DNA of 64,000 nt from Acidimicrobiia bacterium (GCA_035651955.1 DASRES010000015.1:70208-134207); one strand, 5' to 3'. Shown: positions 17,580 to 26,975, counted from the stretch's first letter. Notes: generated from the letters alone by a model not told the origin. Translations and numbers: made by a program.

Positions 17580-19577
17580 GTGACCCGCGCGGTCCCCACG
17601 CGCCGAATACCGCTCGTGGGCGCCGTGATCGCGCTGTCGCTCCCGGGGATCCTCGTCGTCGCGTTCCTCGCCGCGCGCCTGCTCGATGCCCGCCGCTCCG
17701 TCGGCGTCACGGTGCTGTCGGGCGTCGTCGGCTGGGCCGCGGGCGTCGGACTGTCGCTCGCCATCGCGCAGAACCACGTGCATCGCAACGCCGGGTTCGG
17801 CCGCAACGTCTGGGTGTTCTCGATCGTCTTCACGATGTCCGCGACCGTGTGGCTCGAGCTCCTCGCCCGTCCGGGCGCGATCGCGCGCGCCCAGGGCGGC
17901 CTCGCGTCGATCCCCCGCCCGCTCCGATCGCTGCAGCGGCGCGGCCGGCGCGTGAGCCGGTACGCGCAGATCACGCGCATCGCCGTCCGTCACGGGCTCG
18001 GTCCGTCGATCGGTCTCGTGCCTCGCGGGCGCGACGACGGTGTCGACGGCGAGGGACGCCTGCCCGCGCCCGTTCGCCTTCGCCGCGCGCTCGAGGACTG
18101 CGGCGGGATGTTCGTCAAGCTCGGGCAGATCCTGTCGACGCGCAGCGATCTCGTCCCGCCGGCGTACGCGGCGGAGCTCGCGCGCCTGCAGGACCACGTC
18201 GTCCCGGAGGACCCCGCGGCGATGCGCGCGCTCATCGAGGAGGAGCTCGGCGTCCCCGTCGACGACGTCTTCGCCGACTTCGACTGGGAGCCCGTCGCCG
18301 CGGCCTCGATCGGGCAGGCCTACCGCGCCTGCCTGCGCACCGGTGAGCCCGTCATCGTGAAGGTCCAACGGCCCGGCGTCGCGGAGTCGGTACGTCGCGA
18401 TCTCGAGGTGCTCGAGGAGCTCGCGCGCGCCGTCGAGGCCCGCACCGCCTGGGGCGCCGAGTACGGCGTCGTCGACCTCGCCGGCGAGTTCGCGGGACGC
18501 CTGCGCGAGGAGCTCGACTTCACCGTCGAGGCCCGCAACGCGCGCGAGCTCGCGAACGCCGCTGCGGACGGATCGCCCGTCCGCATCCCGGCCGTGCACG
18601 ACGAGCTGAGCTCGCCCCGCGTCCTCGTGCTGGAGCAGTTCGACGGCGCGAGCGTCCGCGACCGGCGTTGGGCGGACTCGTTGCACGTCGATCGCGACGC
18701 GCTGGCGGACACCCTGCTGCGCTGCGCGCTCCAGCAGATGCTCGTGGACGGCGTGTACCACGCGGACCCGCATCCCGGGAACGTCATGCTGCTGCGCGAC
18801 GGCCGGCTCGGGCTGATCGACTTCGGCGCGGTCGCGCGCATCGACCCGCTGCAGCAGGCGTCGTTGCGCGACCTGATGTCGGCCGTCGCGCGTCGCGACA
18901 CCGAGCAGCTCCGCGCGGCGGTGCTCTCGATCGCGACCGTCCGCGGGCGTCTCGACGAGGACCAGCTCGACCGGGCCCTGGCGCGGTTCATGGCCCGGCA
19001 CCTCGCGGCCGGCACGTCGCCCGACGCGGCGATGTTCAACGACCTGCTGGCGTTGCTCGTGTCGTTCCGGATCCGGGTCCCCGTCGAGCTCAGCACGTTC
19101 TTCCGCGCGCTCGTGACGCTCGACGGGACGCTCACGACGCTCGCGCCGGGCTACGTCGCGCTCGACGCGGTCCAACGGGTCGCGGCCGAATGGGTCAAGG
19201 ACCGGATGTCCGTCGCGACCGTCGAGGACGCCGCCCGTGACGAGCTGCTGCGCGCGCTGCCGACGTTGCGGCGCCTCCCGCGCCACGTCGACCGCCTCGC
19301 GACGCTCGCGACGCGCGGCGACCTGCGCCTGCGCGTCGCATGGATGTCCGAGCCGGACGACGTCCTCACGGTCACGCGCCTGCTGAACCGGGTCGTGCTG
19401 GCATTCCTCGGCGGCGTCGTCGGGATCCTGTCCGCGATGCTGCTCGGGACGCGCGGCGGCCCGCCGTTCGCGGGTACGACGTCGCTGTTCCAGTTCTTCG
19501 GCTACTTCGGGCTCTTCTGCGCGACCGTCCTGACCCTGCGCGTGATCGTCGCGGTGCTCCACGACGGCCTGAACTGA
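17580..19577 (+). CDS. ABC1/UbiB (AarF) atypical kinase family protein with TM segments
   Basis: 665 aa. Motifs: FVKLGQILSTRSDLVP, AAASIGQAYRA, HADPHPGNVML, LIDFGAV. TM helices at both ends. Confidence 0.9.
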   Translation: MTRAVPTRRIPLVGAVIALSLPGILVVAFLAARLLDARRSVGVTVLSGVVGWAAGVGLSLAIAQNHVHRNAGFGRNVWVFSIVFTMSATVWLELLARPGAIARAQGGLASIPRPLRSLQRRGRRVSRYAQITRIAVRHGLGPSIGLVPRGRDDGVDGEGRLPAPVRLRRALEDCGGMFVKLGQILSTRSDLVPPAYAAELARLQDHVVPEDPAAMRALIEEELGVPVDDVFADFDWEPVAAASIGQAYRACLRTGEPVIVKVQRPGVAESVRRDLEVLEELARAVEARTAWGAEYGVVDLAGEFAGRLREELDFTVEARNARELANAAADGSPVRIPAVHDELSSPRVLVLEQFDGASVRDRRWADSLHVDRDALADTLLRCALQQMLVDGVYHADPHPGNVMLLRDGRLGLIDFGAVARIDPLQQASLRDLMSAVARRDTEQLRAAVLSIATVRGRLDEDQLDRALARFMARHLAAGTSPDAAMFNDLLALLVSFRIRVPVELSTFFRALVTLDGTLTTLAPGYVALDAVQRVAAEWVKDRMSVATVEDAARDELLRALPTLRRLPRHVDRLATLATRGDLRLRVAWMSEPDDVLTVTRLLNRVVLAFLGGVVGILSAMLLGTRGGPPFAGTTSLFQFFGYFGLFCATVLTLRVIVAVLHDGLN

Positions 19578-19590
19578 GTCGCGACGTCGC

Positions 19591-20085
19591 TCAGTGCAAC
19601 ACCGCCTTGAGGACCACGATCGCGACACCGAACAGCGCGCTCGTACCGGCCGCGCCGAGCAGCGCCAGGCCGCGCAACCGGTTGTGCCGTGCCGCGACGA
19701 AGGCGAACGCCAGCAGCTCGGCGACCGCGAGCCACAGCGCGGCGTACACGGCCGCGTTCTCGCCGACGCCGACCGTTCCGAGCACGAGCATGATGCCGAC
19801 GAGCGGGACCGCGGCCTGCACGGTCGGGAGCTCCTGACGCAGCGTCGCCACGAGCCGCGGCCGGATGTGCTCGTGAATGCCCTGCGCGATGAACTCGGCG
19901 TACGCGTGCGCGAGCCAGTAGAGAGGAACGACGACCGCGACGCTGACGGCGATGTCGGTCATGTTCGTCGTCGACAGGCTGTCGCCCGCGATGAGCGCGG
20001 CGGTGACGATGGTCCCGTAGATCGCGGCCGCCGTGTTCCGGCGGAGGAAGCCAGTTCGCGGCGAGCGAAGACGGACCTCGCGCAT
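19591..20085 (-). CDS. Integral membrane protein, function unknown
   Basis: 164 aa with about 4-5 TM helices. Its start lies 2 nt after the stop of the upstream gene, suggesting an operon. Confidence 0.65.
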   Translation of the reverse strand: MREVRLRSPRTGFLRRNTAAAIYGTIVTAALIAGDSLSTTNMTDIAVSVAVVVPLYWLAHAYAEFIAQGIHEHIRPRLVATLRQELPTVQAAVPLVGIMLVLGTVGVGENAAVYAALWLAVAELLAFAFVAARHNRLRGLALLGAAGTSALFGVAIVVLKAVLH

Positions 20086-20087
20086 CG

Positions 20088-20915
20088 CTACCTCAAGTCG
20101 TCGACGTAGCGGTCGGTGCCGGGGACGGTCGGCAGGAACGGCGCCGCGAGCTGCACGCGCCCGAGACCGGACGCGTCGATCGCCTCACCGTCACGCGCGA
20201 AGCACCCGTCCCAGCACTCCGACGCGGGCACCTCGGTGAACCACAGCAACGTCAGCCGCCGCTCGAGGCCGGGCACGTCCTCGACGTAGGCCATCTTGTC
20301 CTCGGGCAACGGCATCGGCGCGAACGCGAGGCACATCGCGACGGGCGAGCCCGCGAGCACCGACGGCACGTGCTCGTCGCGTAGCCAGGCCCACAGCGCC
20401 GCGCGCTCGACATCGGCGGCGCCGTCGACGACCTCCATCACCAGACCCGCGTACGGGTGGTCGAGCGAGTGGATGTCGCGCGGACCGGTCGCGTCGCGGT
20501 AGACGGGTCCGACGTAGTCCTGGAACGACGTGTACACGTGCGTCCGGTCGAGGTAGATCCGGCCGTCGGGCAGCAGACGTTGGTTGGTCGCGACGGTCCA
20601 GCGGAGGTGGTCGTCGTAGCGCCCCGCCGTGATCCAGTACGTCGCGAGGTACTTCCCCGCGTCGAGCGGTTGCGCGATCGGCGAGTCGACCGGGTACCGC
20701 AGCTCCTGCAGCTCACGCGTCGCGACCCACCGGCGGCCCGAGAACATCCAGGGCATCGCCATCGCGCCCGAGTAGAAGTGGTCGTCCTCGTACCACCGGT
20801 TGTACGCGTGGTCGTGGCCCTCGTGCGGCTCGACCAGCGTGATGAGCGCGGCTCCGATCCGGGTCTCGTAGGGGCCCGACGCCGGCAGCACGGAATAGGG
20901 ACTCTCCTCCGACAT
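20088..20915 (-). CDS. Conserved hypothetical protein
   Basis: Start set to ATG 20915 (MSEESPYSVLPASGPYETRIGAALITLVEPHEGHDHAYNRWYEDDHF...). Globular composition; no family confidently recognised. Confidence 0.6.
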   Translation of the reverse strand: MSEESPYSVLPASGPYETRIGAALITLVEPHEGHDHAYNRWYEDDHFYSGAMAMPWMFSGRRWVATRELQELRYPVDSPIAQPLDAGKYLATYWITAGRYDDHLRWTVATNQRLLPDGRIYLDRTHVYTSFQDYVGPVYRDATGPRDIHSLDHPYAGLVMEVVDGAADVERAALWAWLRDEHVPSVLAGSPVAMCLAFAPMPLPEDKMAYVEDVPGLERRLTLLWFTEVPASECWDGCFARDGEAIDASGLGRVQLAAPFLPTVPGTDRYVDDLR

Positions 20916-21081
20916 GCGGGCGAGTCTGGCATCTCGCTCATGTCCGCGGCGCGGCTGCCGATGGGAGACCGGTCCATCAGTGGGCTGACGCGAGGAGGGG
21001 CGCCCGATCGACGGCATCCAGGAGGTCCAGAGCCGGATCGCGCAGATCCAGGCGCTGGCCGCGCAGTTCAGCGGCGCGCCC

Positions 21082-21555
21082 GTGGCCGCCGCGGGCTCCT
21101 CGACGTCGCTGGCGGGCGGCGGTACGGACCCGACGTCGGCCGTCGGCGCCACCGGGAGCACCTTCGCGACGACGCTCGGGAACGTGCAGGGCACACCCGG
21201 CCAGACGCAGTGGGCGAACGACTTCCTGACGCGCCTCGGCATGCCGGTGACGTCCGAGAACGTGCGCGCGATCGTCGCGTGGGAGAAGGCCGAGGGGACC
21301 AAGGCGCAGTTCAACCCGCTCGCCACGACGCGCTCGATGCCCGGCGCGAGCAACTTCAACAGCGTCGGCGTGAAGAACTTCGCGTCGTACCAGGACGGCA
21401 TCGAGGCCAACGCCGAGGCGCTGACGAACGGTCGCTACCCGAACATCCTCGCCGCGCTGCGGCGCGGTGACAGCGCCGAGGCGGTCGCGCAGGCGATCGC
21501 GAGCTCGCCGTGGGGGACCGGCGACGGCGTGCTGCGCGTGTTGCAGTCCTCGTAG
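21082..21555 (+). CDS. Hypothetical protein; the true N-terminus probably lies upstream (start problem)
   Basis: GTG 21082 is the first canonical start. However, the same frame is open from 20989 and encodes a protein-like IDGIQEVQSRIAQIQALAAQF. The C-terminal domain reads WEKAEGTKAQFNPLATT...GRYPNILAALRRGD. Confidence 0.6.
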   Translation: MAAAGSSTSLAGGGTDPTSAVGATGSTFATTLGNVQGTPGQTQWANDFLTRLGMPVTSENVRAIVAWEKAEGTKAQFNPLATTRSMPGASNFNSVGVKNFASYQDGIEANAEALTNGRYPNILAALRRGDSAEAVAQAIASSPWGTGDGVLRVLQSS

Positions 21556-21562
21556 CGCGCGG

Positions 21563-22576
21563 TCAGCTCGCCTCGTGGGCGATGAGCACCGCGGCCGCCT
21601 GGCACGGCGCGGCGCGACCCGTGTACCCGCAGAGCCACGCGAGCGCGTCGGCGGGGACGCTCACCGCGACGACGGCCGTGCCGGTCGTGCCCCGGGCCCG
21701 TGCGCCCGCGGTCGCGTACGGCGCGGTCGTGACGACCGCCGGCTGCCACGCCCACAACCCGGCGCGTGCGACCGCGGCGTCGAACACCGGGACGGCACCG
21801 GACGCGTTCGGGACGGCGTCGAGGTCGTTCAGCGCGGGGACGAACGCGACCCGGACGCCCGCCGAGCGCGCCGCCGCGAGCTTCTCCTCGAGCCCGCCGA
21901 TCGGCTCGATCGTGCCACCGTTCGCGATGACACCGGTCGCGGCGACGTCGGTGCCGCCGGTGACGTCGCCGGGCAGGAGCACGTCGAGGTAGCGGAGCAG
22001 GTACGCGAGCCCGGCCGAGTCGCCGTGCAGGTGACCGACGGCGGGCCACAACGGCGGCGTCAGGCTCTGGACGTCGCCGAGCACGTCGCGCTGCGCCGTG
22101 CGCCACGCGTCCGTCGCGGCCTGCCGGCTCAGATCGTCGCCCGAGGAGCTCTCCGGCCCGGGTGACGCCGCGACCCGCGGCGCGCTGGCGTCGCTCCGGC
22201 CGACGAGGTCGGCGACGACGTCCCACGGCGCGCGGCGTTCGTGCACGACGCTGAGGTAGTAGATCCGGCCCCCGTGGCGGGCTCCCGAGCCCGGCGGGTT
22301 GCTGCTCGTGCTCAGCGTTCCGAGCTCGAGCGGTTGCGCCTCGCCGTAGACCACGGCGGGGGACGTCACCACGACGGCGACGAGGAAGACGAGCGCGACC
22401 GCGACGAGACCGCGGACGCAGAGCCAGGCCGTCGAGGCCGCGCCGTGCCCGGCGCGCCCGCCGTGTCCGCCGCGTCCACGCTCGGAGCGCGCGCCCGCGC
22501 ACGCGCTCCCGACTGCCTCCCCCACGACGAAGCTTTGTACCCCGGTCGCGCCGCCCCTGTCATGCGGCCGCGCCAA
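21563..22576 (-). CDS. Membrane-anchored Lon-like (S16) serine peptidase domain protein
   Basis: One TM helix (LVAVALVFLVAVVV). HGDSAGLAYLLRYL resembles the Lon catalytic Ser motif, and IGGLEEKLAAARSAG resembles the Lon Lys motif. There is no AAA+ module. The TTG/GTG start is uncertain. Confidence 0.7.
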   Translation of the reverse strand: MARPHDRGGATGVQSFVVGEAVGSACAGARSERGRGGHGGRAGHGAASTAWLCVRGLVAVALVFLVAVVVTSPAVVYGEAQPLELGTLSTSSNPPGSGARHGGRIYYLSVVHERRAPWDVVADLVGRSDASAPRVAASPGPESSSGDDLSRQAATDAWRTAQRDVLGDVQSLTPPLWPAVGHLHGDSAGLAYLLRYLDVLLPGDVTGGTDVAATGVIANGGTIEPIGGLEEKLAAARSAGVRVAFVPALNDLDAVPNASGAVPVFDAAVARAGLWAWQPAVVTTAPYATAGARARGTTGTAVVAVSVPADALAWLCGYTGRAAPCQAAAVLIAHEAS

Positions 22577-22589
22577 GTGGCTCCGGGCG

Positions 22590-23438
22590 TCACGGCGTCG
22601 ACGCGTGCGGGTCGCTGGCCCCGGTCACGAAGTCGACGAGCTGCTCCACCGCGCCGACGAACGGCGCCTCGAGGTCGCGAAAGCTCCGGACGGACGTCCG
22701 CAGGCGTCGCCACGCCGCTGCGGGGTCGCGCTCGCCGAGCGCGGCGCAGACGCCCTCCTTCCAGGGGCGGTCCCGCGGGACCTCCGGCCACGCCTCGATC
22801 CCCGCGACGTGGGGCCGGATCGCCTGCCAGACGTCGACGTACGGCGTCCCGGTCACGAGCACGTGCGGACCGCGCACGGCCGCCGCGAGGCGCGCCTCCT
22901 TCGACCCGGGGACGAGATGGTCGACGAGCACGCCCAGTCGCCGTCCCGGTTCGGGGCCGAACGCGTCGACGGCGGCCGCGAGATGGTCGATGCCGTCGAG
23001 CCGTTCCACGACGACACCTTCGATACGCAGGTCGTCGCCCCACACCGCCTCGACCAGCTCGGCGTCGTGCACGCCCTCGACGTAGATCCGCGCTTGCCGC
23101 GCGACACGGGCGCGGTGCCCGTCGACCGCGCGCGACCCCGAAGCGGTGCGCACCGGTGTCCGTGCGCGCGAGGTGGGACGCGGCGCGACGAGCGTCACCG
23201 CGATGCCGTCGACCGCGAACGCGCCCGACTCGAGCGGGAACAGGCGCTCGACGCCCGTCGCGCCACGCACGCGCGCGGTGTCCCGCTCGACCGCGACGAT
23301 CGTCCCCGTGAAGCCGCTCGCGCGGTGACGGACGCGCGTCCCGGTGGTCGCCTCGAACGACGGGTACGCGGCCGCCGCGCGCGCGGGCCCGTCGACCGGC
23401 CCGCCGAGGATGCCGCCTCGTGACGGTGGTCGGGTCAC
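22590..23438 (-). CDS. DUF3097-like conserved actinobacterial protein
   Basis: GTG 23438 within ORF 22590..23957. Motifs: YVEGVHDAELVEAVWGDDLRIEGVVVERLDGID, LGVLVDHLVPGSKE, WPEVPRDRPWKEGV. Confidence 0.65.
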   Translation of the reverse strand: MTRPPSRGGILGGPVDGPARAAAAYPSFEATTGTRVRHRASGFTGTIVAVERDTARVRGATGVERLFPLESGAFAVDGIAVTLVAPRPTSRARTPVRTASGSRAVDGHRARVARQARIYVEGVHDAELVEAVWGDDLRIEGVVVERLDGIDHLAAAVDAFGPEPGRRLGVLVDHLVPGSKEARLAAAVRGPHVLVTGTPYVDVWQAIRPHVAGIEAWPEVPRDRPWKEGVCAALGERDPAAAWRRLRTSVRSFRDLEAPFVGAVEQLVDFVTGASDPHASTP

Positions 23439-23537
23439 GGGCCGTGAACGTACCGGCGTGCGCCGGCGGGCACGGGGATCCACGGGGATCCACGCGTCCG
23501 GGAGCCCCGCCCACACGAGTTGGTACCGTGCGCCGCC

Positions 23538-24977
23538 ATGGACGATCTCGCCTCGCTGGACGCGACTGCCCAGGCGGACCTGGTCCGGCGCAAGGACTGC
23601 ACGCCACGCGAGCTCGTCGACGCCGCGATCGCGCGCGTCGAGAAGGTCAACCCGGAGCTCAACGCGGTGATCCACCCGCTGTTCGACAAGGCGCGCGCCG
23701 CGGCGGACGCGCCCGGCCTGCCCGACGGCCCGTTCCGGGGTGTCCCGTTCTGCGTGAAGGACGCCGTCTGCCACACCGAGGGCGATCCGTACCACGTCGG
23801 CATGCGGTTCCTGAAGGAGCGCGAGTGGAGGGCGACCGAGGACAGCTACCTCGCGCGCCGCTTCCGCGACGCCGGGTTCGTGTTCGTCGGCAAGACGAAC
23901 ACGCCGGAGCTCGCGACGTCGATCACGACGGAGCCGCTCGCGTACGGGGCGACGCACAACCCGTGGGACGTCACGCGCTCACCGGGCGGTTCGAGCGGCG
24001 GATCCGCGGCCGCGGTCGCGTCGGGGATCGTTCCCGCCGCGCACGCGAACGACATGGGCGGATCGATCCGCGCGCCCGCGAGCGAGTGCGGGCTCGTCGG
24101 CCTGAAGCCTTCACGCGCGCGCTCGACGCTCGGTCCCGACTTCGGCGAGTACTGGGGACCGCTGACGCACGAGTTCGTCGTCGTGCGCACCGTGCGCGAC
24201 GCCGCCGCGATCCTGGACGTCGTCGCGGGTGCCGCGCCCGGCGATCCGTACACCGCGCCGCCACCGACGCGCCCGTTCCGCCACGAGGTCGGCGCGAACC
24301 CGGGTCGCCTGCGCGTCGGCTTGCACGTCACCATCCCCAACCTCGGACGCGACGCGCACCCCGAGTGCGTGACCGCCGTCGAGCAGACCGGGCGGCTGCT
24401 CGAGCGGGCCGGCCACGCGGTCGAGTGGTCGTCGCCCGCGCTCGACGGCGCCTTCCACGGCTTCACCGTCGTCATGGCGGCCGGCATCGCGCGCGACCTC
24501 GAACGGTGGAGCGAGCGCACCGGTGACCCCATCGGTCCCGACGACGTCGAGCCGGGCAACTGGGCGATGGCCGAGGGCGGCCGGGCCGTGACCGGCGCGC
24601 AGTACCTGGCCGGTCTCGAGGCGATGAACGACTACACGCGACGCGTCGCGAGCTGGTGGGCCGACGACGGGTTCGACGTGCTCGTCACGCCCACGATCGC
24701 ACAGCCGCCGCCGAAGCTCGGGCTGATGGCGCCGACCGCGGATCCGGGCGAGGCGCTCACGCTGATGGGCGAGCTCGCGCAGTTCACGGTGCCGTGGGAC
24801 GTGACGGGCCAGCCCGCCGTCTCCCTGCCGCTGCACTGGACCGCGGACGGGCTGCCGGTCGGCGTGCAGCTCGTCGCGGCGTACGGACGCGAGGACCTCC
24901 TCCTGCGCGTCGCGTCGCAGCTCGAGCAGGCCGCGCCGTGGGCGGACCGCAGGCCGGCGGTGTTCGCGGCCTCGTGA
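23538..24977 (+). CDS. Amidase (amidase-signature family)
   Basis: Contains [14 protein letters not shown] and the KTNTPEL AS signature. ATG 23538 lies 8 nt after the TACCGT -10-like hexamer. Confidence 0.92.
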   Translation: MDDLASLDATAQADLVRRKDCTPRELVDAAIARVEKVNPELNAVIHPLFDKARAAADAPGLPDGPFRGVPFCVKDAVCHTEGDPYHVGMRFLKEREWRATEDSYLARRFRDAGFVFVGKTNTPELATSITTEPLAYGATHNPWDVTRSPGGSSGGSAAAVASGIVPAAHANDMGGSIRAPASECGLVGLKPSRARSTLGPDFGEYWGPLTHEFVVVRTVRDAAAILDVVAGAAPGDPYTAPPPTRPFRHEVGANPGRLRVGLHVTIPNLGRDAHPECVTAVEQTGRLLERAGHAVEWSSPALDGAFHGFTVVMAAGIARDLERWSERTGDPIGPDDVEPGNWAMAEGGRAVTGAQYLAGLEAMNDYTRRVASWWADDGFDVLVTPTIAQPPPKLGLMAPTADPGEALTLMGELAQFTVPWDVTGQPAVSLPLHWTADGLPVGVQLVAAYGREDLLLRVASQLEQAAPWADRRPAVFAAS

Positions 24978-25699
24978 GCACGGCGACGAACGACGGGATC
25001 GCGCGGATCCTCGTCGTCACCGCGCACCCCGACGACGTCGACTTCGGTGTCGCCGGCTCGGTCGCGACGTGGACGGCCGCCGGCATCGAGGTCGCGTACT
25101 GCGTCGTGACCGACGGCGACGCGGGCGGCTTCGACCCCGACGTGCCGCGTGCCGACATCGCAGGCATCCGGCGCGCCGAACAGCTCGCGGCGGCGCGCGT
25201 CGTCGGCGTGGAGGACGTCACGTTCCTCGGCTACCCCGACGGGCGGCTGGTGTCGTCCATCGCGCTGCGCCGCGACATCTCGCGGGTGATCCGGCGCTTC
25301 CGTCCCGACCGCGTCGTGGCCCAGTCGCCCGAGCGGAACTGGGAGCGCATCTACGCGAGCCACCCCGACCACCTCGCGGCCGGCGAGGCGACCGTGTGCG
25401 CGGTCTATCCGGACGCGCGCAACCCGTTCGCGCACCCCGAGCTCGCGGCGGAGGGCCTCGACGCGCACACCGTTCCCGAGCTGTGGTTGATGGCGACGCG
25501 CGCGCGTGACGTGTTCGTCGACGTCACCGACGCGTTCGACAAGAAGGTCGAGGCGCTGCGTTGCCACGTCAGCCAGCTCGTCGACGCCGACGGCGGGCTC
25601 GAGACGCGCATCCGCGGGTGGCTCACCGCGAACGCGACCGAGGCCGGCCTCCCCGAGGGGCGCCTGGCGGAGGCGTTCCAGGCCGTCGACACCCGCTGA
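24974..25699 (+). CDS. PIG-L/LmbE family deacetylase
   Basis: Contains VVTAHPDDVDFG and HPDH. GTGA overlap with the amidase stop. Confidence 0.88.
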   Translation: MSTATNDGIARILVVTAHPDDVDFGVAGSVATWTAAGIEVAYCVVTDGDAGGFDPDVPRADIAGIRRAEQLAAARVVGVEDVTFLGYPDGRLVSSIALRRDISRVIRRFRPDRVVAQSPERNWERIYASHPDHLAAGEATVCAVYPDARNPFAHPELAAEGLDAHTVPELWLMATRARDVFVDVTDAFDKKVEALRCHVSQLVDADGGLETRIRGWLTANATEAGLPEGRLAEAFQAVDTR

Positions 25700-25714
25700 C
25701 CGCCCGCATTCTCT

Positions 25715-25753
25715 GAAGCCTCAGACACACATGTTGTGGTTGACGCTTCACAG
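25715..25753 (-). repeat. Copy A of a ~40-nt AT-richer hairpin element (partner at 52982-53021)
   Basis: The reverse complement CTGTGAAGCGTCAACCACAACATGTGTGTCTGAGGCTTC matches 35/39 positions of copy B. It lies just 3' of the ADH stop (minus strand). Confidence 0.75.
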
Positions 25754-25764
25754 TATGGCGGCGG

Positions 25765-26841
25765 TCAGGTGATGACGCTGCGGATGACCTCGCCCGCTTG
25801 CATCGCGCGGAAGGCGTCGTTGATCTCGTCGAGCTTGATGCGGCGCGACACCATCGCGTTGAGGTCGAGACGGCCGGTCTCGACGAGGCTCACGAAGCGA
25901 GGGAAGTCGCGACGCACCTGCGCGGAGCCGTACACCGAGCCGAGCAGCTTCTTCTCCTCGAAGAACATGCCGAACGCGGGCAGCGTGACCGACGCGTCCC
26001 ACCGCGGCATGCCGACGACGACGGCCGTGCCGCCGCGGCGCGCCGTGTTGTACGCCTGCACGATCGTCTCCGGCAGGCCGATCACCTCGAACGCGTAGTC
26101 GGCGCCGCGCCCGCCGGTGGCCGCCTTGACCTGCTCGACGGGGTCACCTGCGGCCGGGTCGATCAGGTCGGTCGCGCCCAGTTGCTCGGCCGACTTCCGC
26201 TTCAGCTCGACCGGGTCGATCGCGAAGATGCGCGACGCGCCCGCGATGCGCGCGCCCTGCACGACGGCCTGACCGACGCCACCGCAGCCGATCACCGCGA
26301 CGGTCGCGCCGGGCTCGACCTGCGCGGTGTTGAGCGCGGCGCCGACACCGGTCGTCACGCCGCAGCCGATGAGCGCGAGCTGCTCGGCCGGCAGGTCGGT
26401 GTCGACCTTCACGATCGACGACTCGTCGACGGTCATCATGTCGGCGAACGTGCCGAGCCCGGTCATCGTGATCATCGGCGTGCCGTCGCCGCGGGTGACG
26501 CGCGGCGCGGTGGCGACGGCACCCATGTGCTCGCACAGGTTCGACTGATCGTGCAGGCAGTACCAGCACACGCCGCACGCGGGCGTGAACGACGCGACGA
26601 CGCGGTCGCCGACCTTCACGCGCGACACCTCGTTGCCGACGGCCTCGACGGTCCCCGTCCCCTCGTGGCCGAGGATGCACGGCGGCGGCAGCGGGAGCCC
26701 ACCGTTCATGACCGAGAGGTCCGAGTGGCAGACGCCGCTCGCGTCGACGTGGACGACGACGTCCCGGGGACCGGGCGCGACGGGCGTGACGTCCTCGATC
26801 TCGAGGGGCTGGTCCTGGCCGACGAAGATCGCTGCTCGCAT
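25765..26841 (-). CDS. Zinc-dependent alcohol dehydrogenase family oxidoreductase
   Basis: 358 aa. Motifs: GVCHSDLSV, GHEGTGTVEAVG, CGVCWYC (structural Zn), VIGCGGVG (Rossmann fold). Confidence 0.92.
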   Translation of the reverse strand: MRAAIFVGQDQPLEIEDVTPVAPGPRDVVVHVDASGVCHSDLSVMNGGLPLPPPCILGHEGTGTVEAVGNEVSRVKVGDRVVASFTPACGVCWYCLHDQSNLCEHMGAVATAPRVTRGDGTPMITMTGLGTFADMMTVDESSIVKVDTDLPAEQLALIGCGVTTGVGAALNTAQVEPGATVAVIGCGGVGQAVVQGARIAGASRIFAIDPVELKRKSAEQLGATDLIDPAAGDPVEQVKAATGGRGADYAFEVIGLPETIVQAYNTARRGGTAVVVGMPRWDASVTLPAFGMFFEEKKLLGSVYGSAQVRRDFPRFVSLVETGRLDLNAMVSRRIKLDEINDAFRAMQAGEVIRSVIT

Positions 26842-26975
26842 CGTGCGCTCCGTTCCGTGTGCGCGGCGGTCGGGTGCGCCGCACCGTAGCGCCGCCGGTG
26901 GCGGGCCGCACGGCGCTCACCGCGCTGTCCGATTCCCGCCAGCGCGCGCCCGCGCGGTGACGCACACTGGTCGTC

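Noticed and set aside
14852-17980. 1042-aa ORF on the minus strand, the largest of several very long ORFs in the track.
   Set aside because: Its translation is Arg/Pro/Gly/Ala-rich and low-complexity. It lies antisense to, or out of frame with, clearly recognisable genes (amidohydrolase, RDD protein, ABC1 kinase). This is typical high-GC shadow ORF behaviour. Only its last 94 codons are kept, as a low-confidence small ORF.
25728-25753. Possible Rex (TTGTGAA-N4-TTCACAA) or CRP-type (TGTGA-N6-TCACA) operator inside the repeated element (TTGTGGTTGACGCTTCACAG).
   Set aside because: The half-site spacing is 2 nt too long for both consensus sites, and copy B has GTGTGG...GCACAG. I cannot support a named operator.
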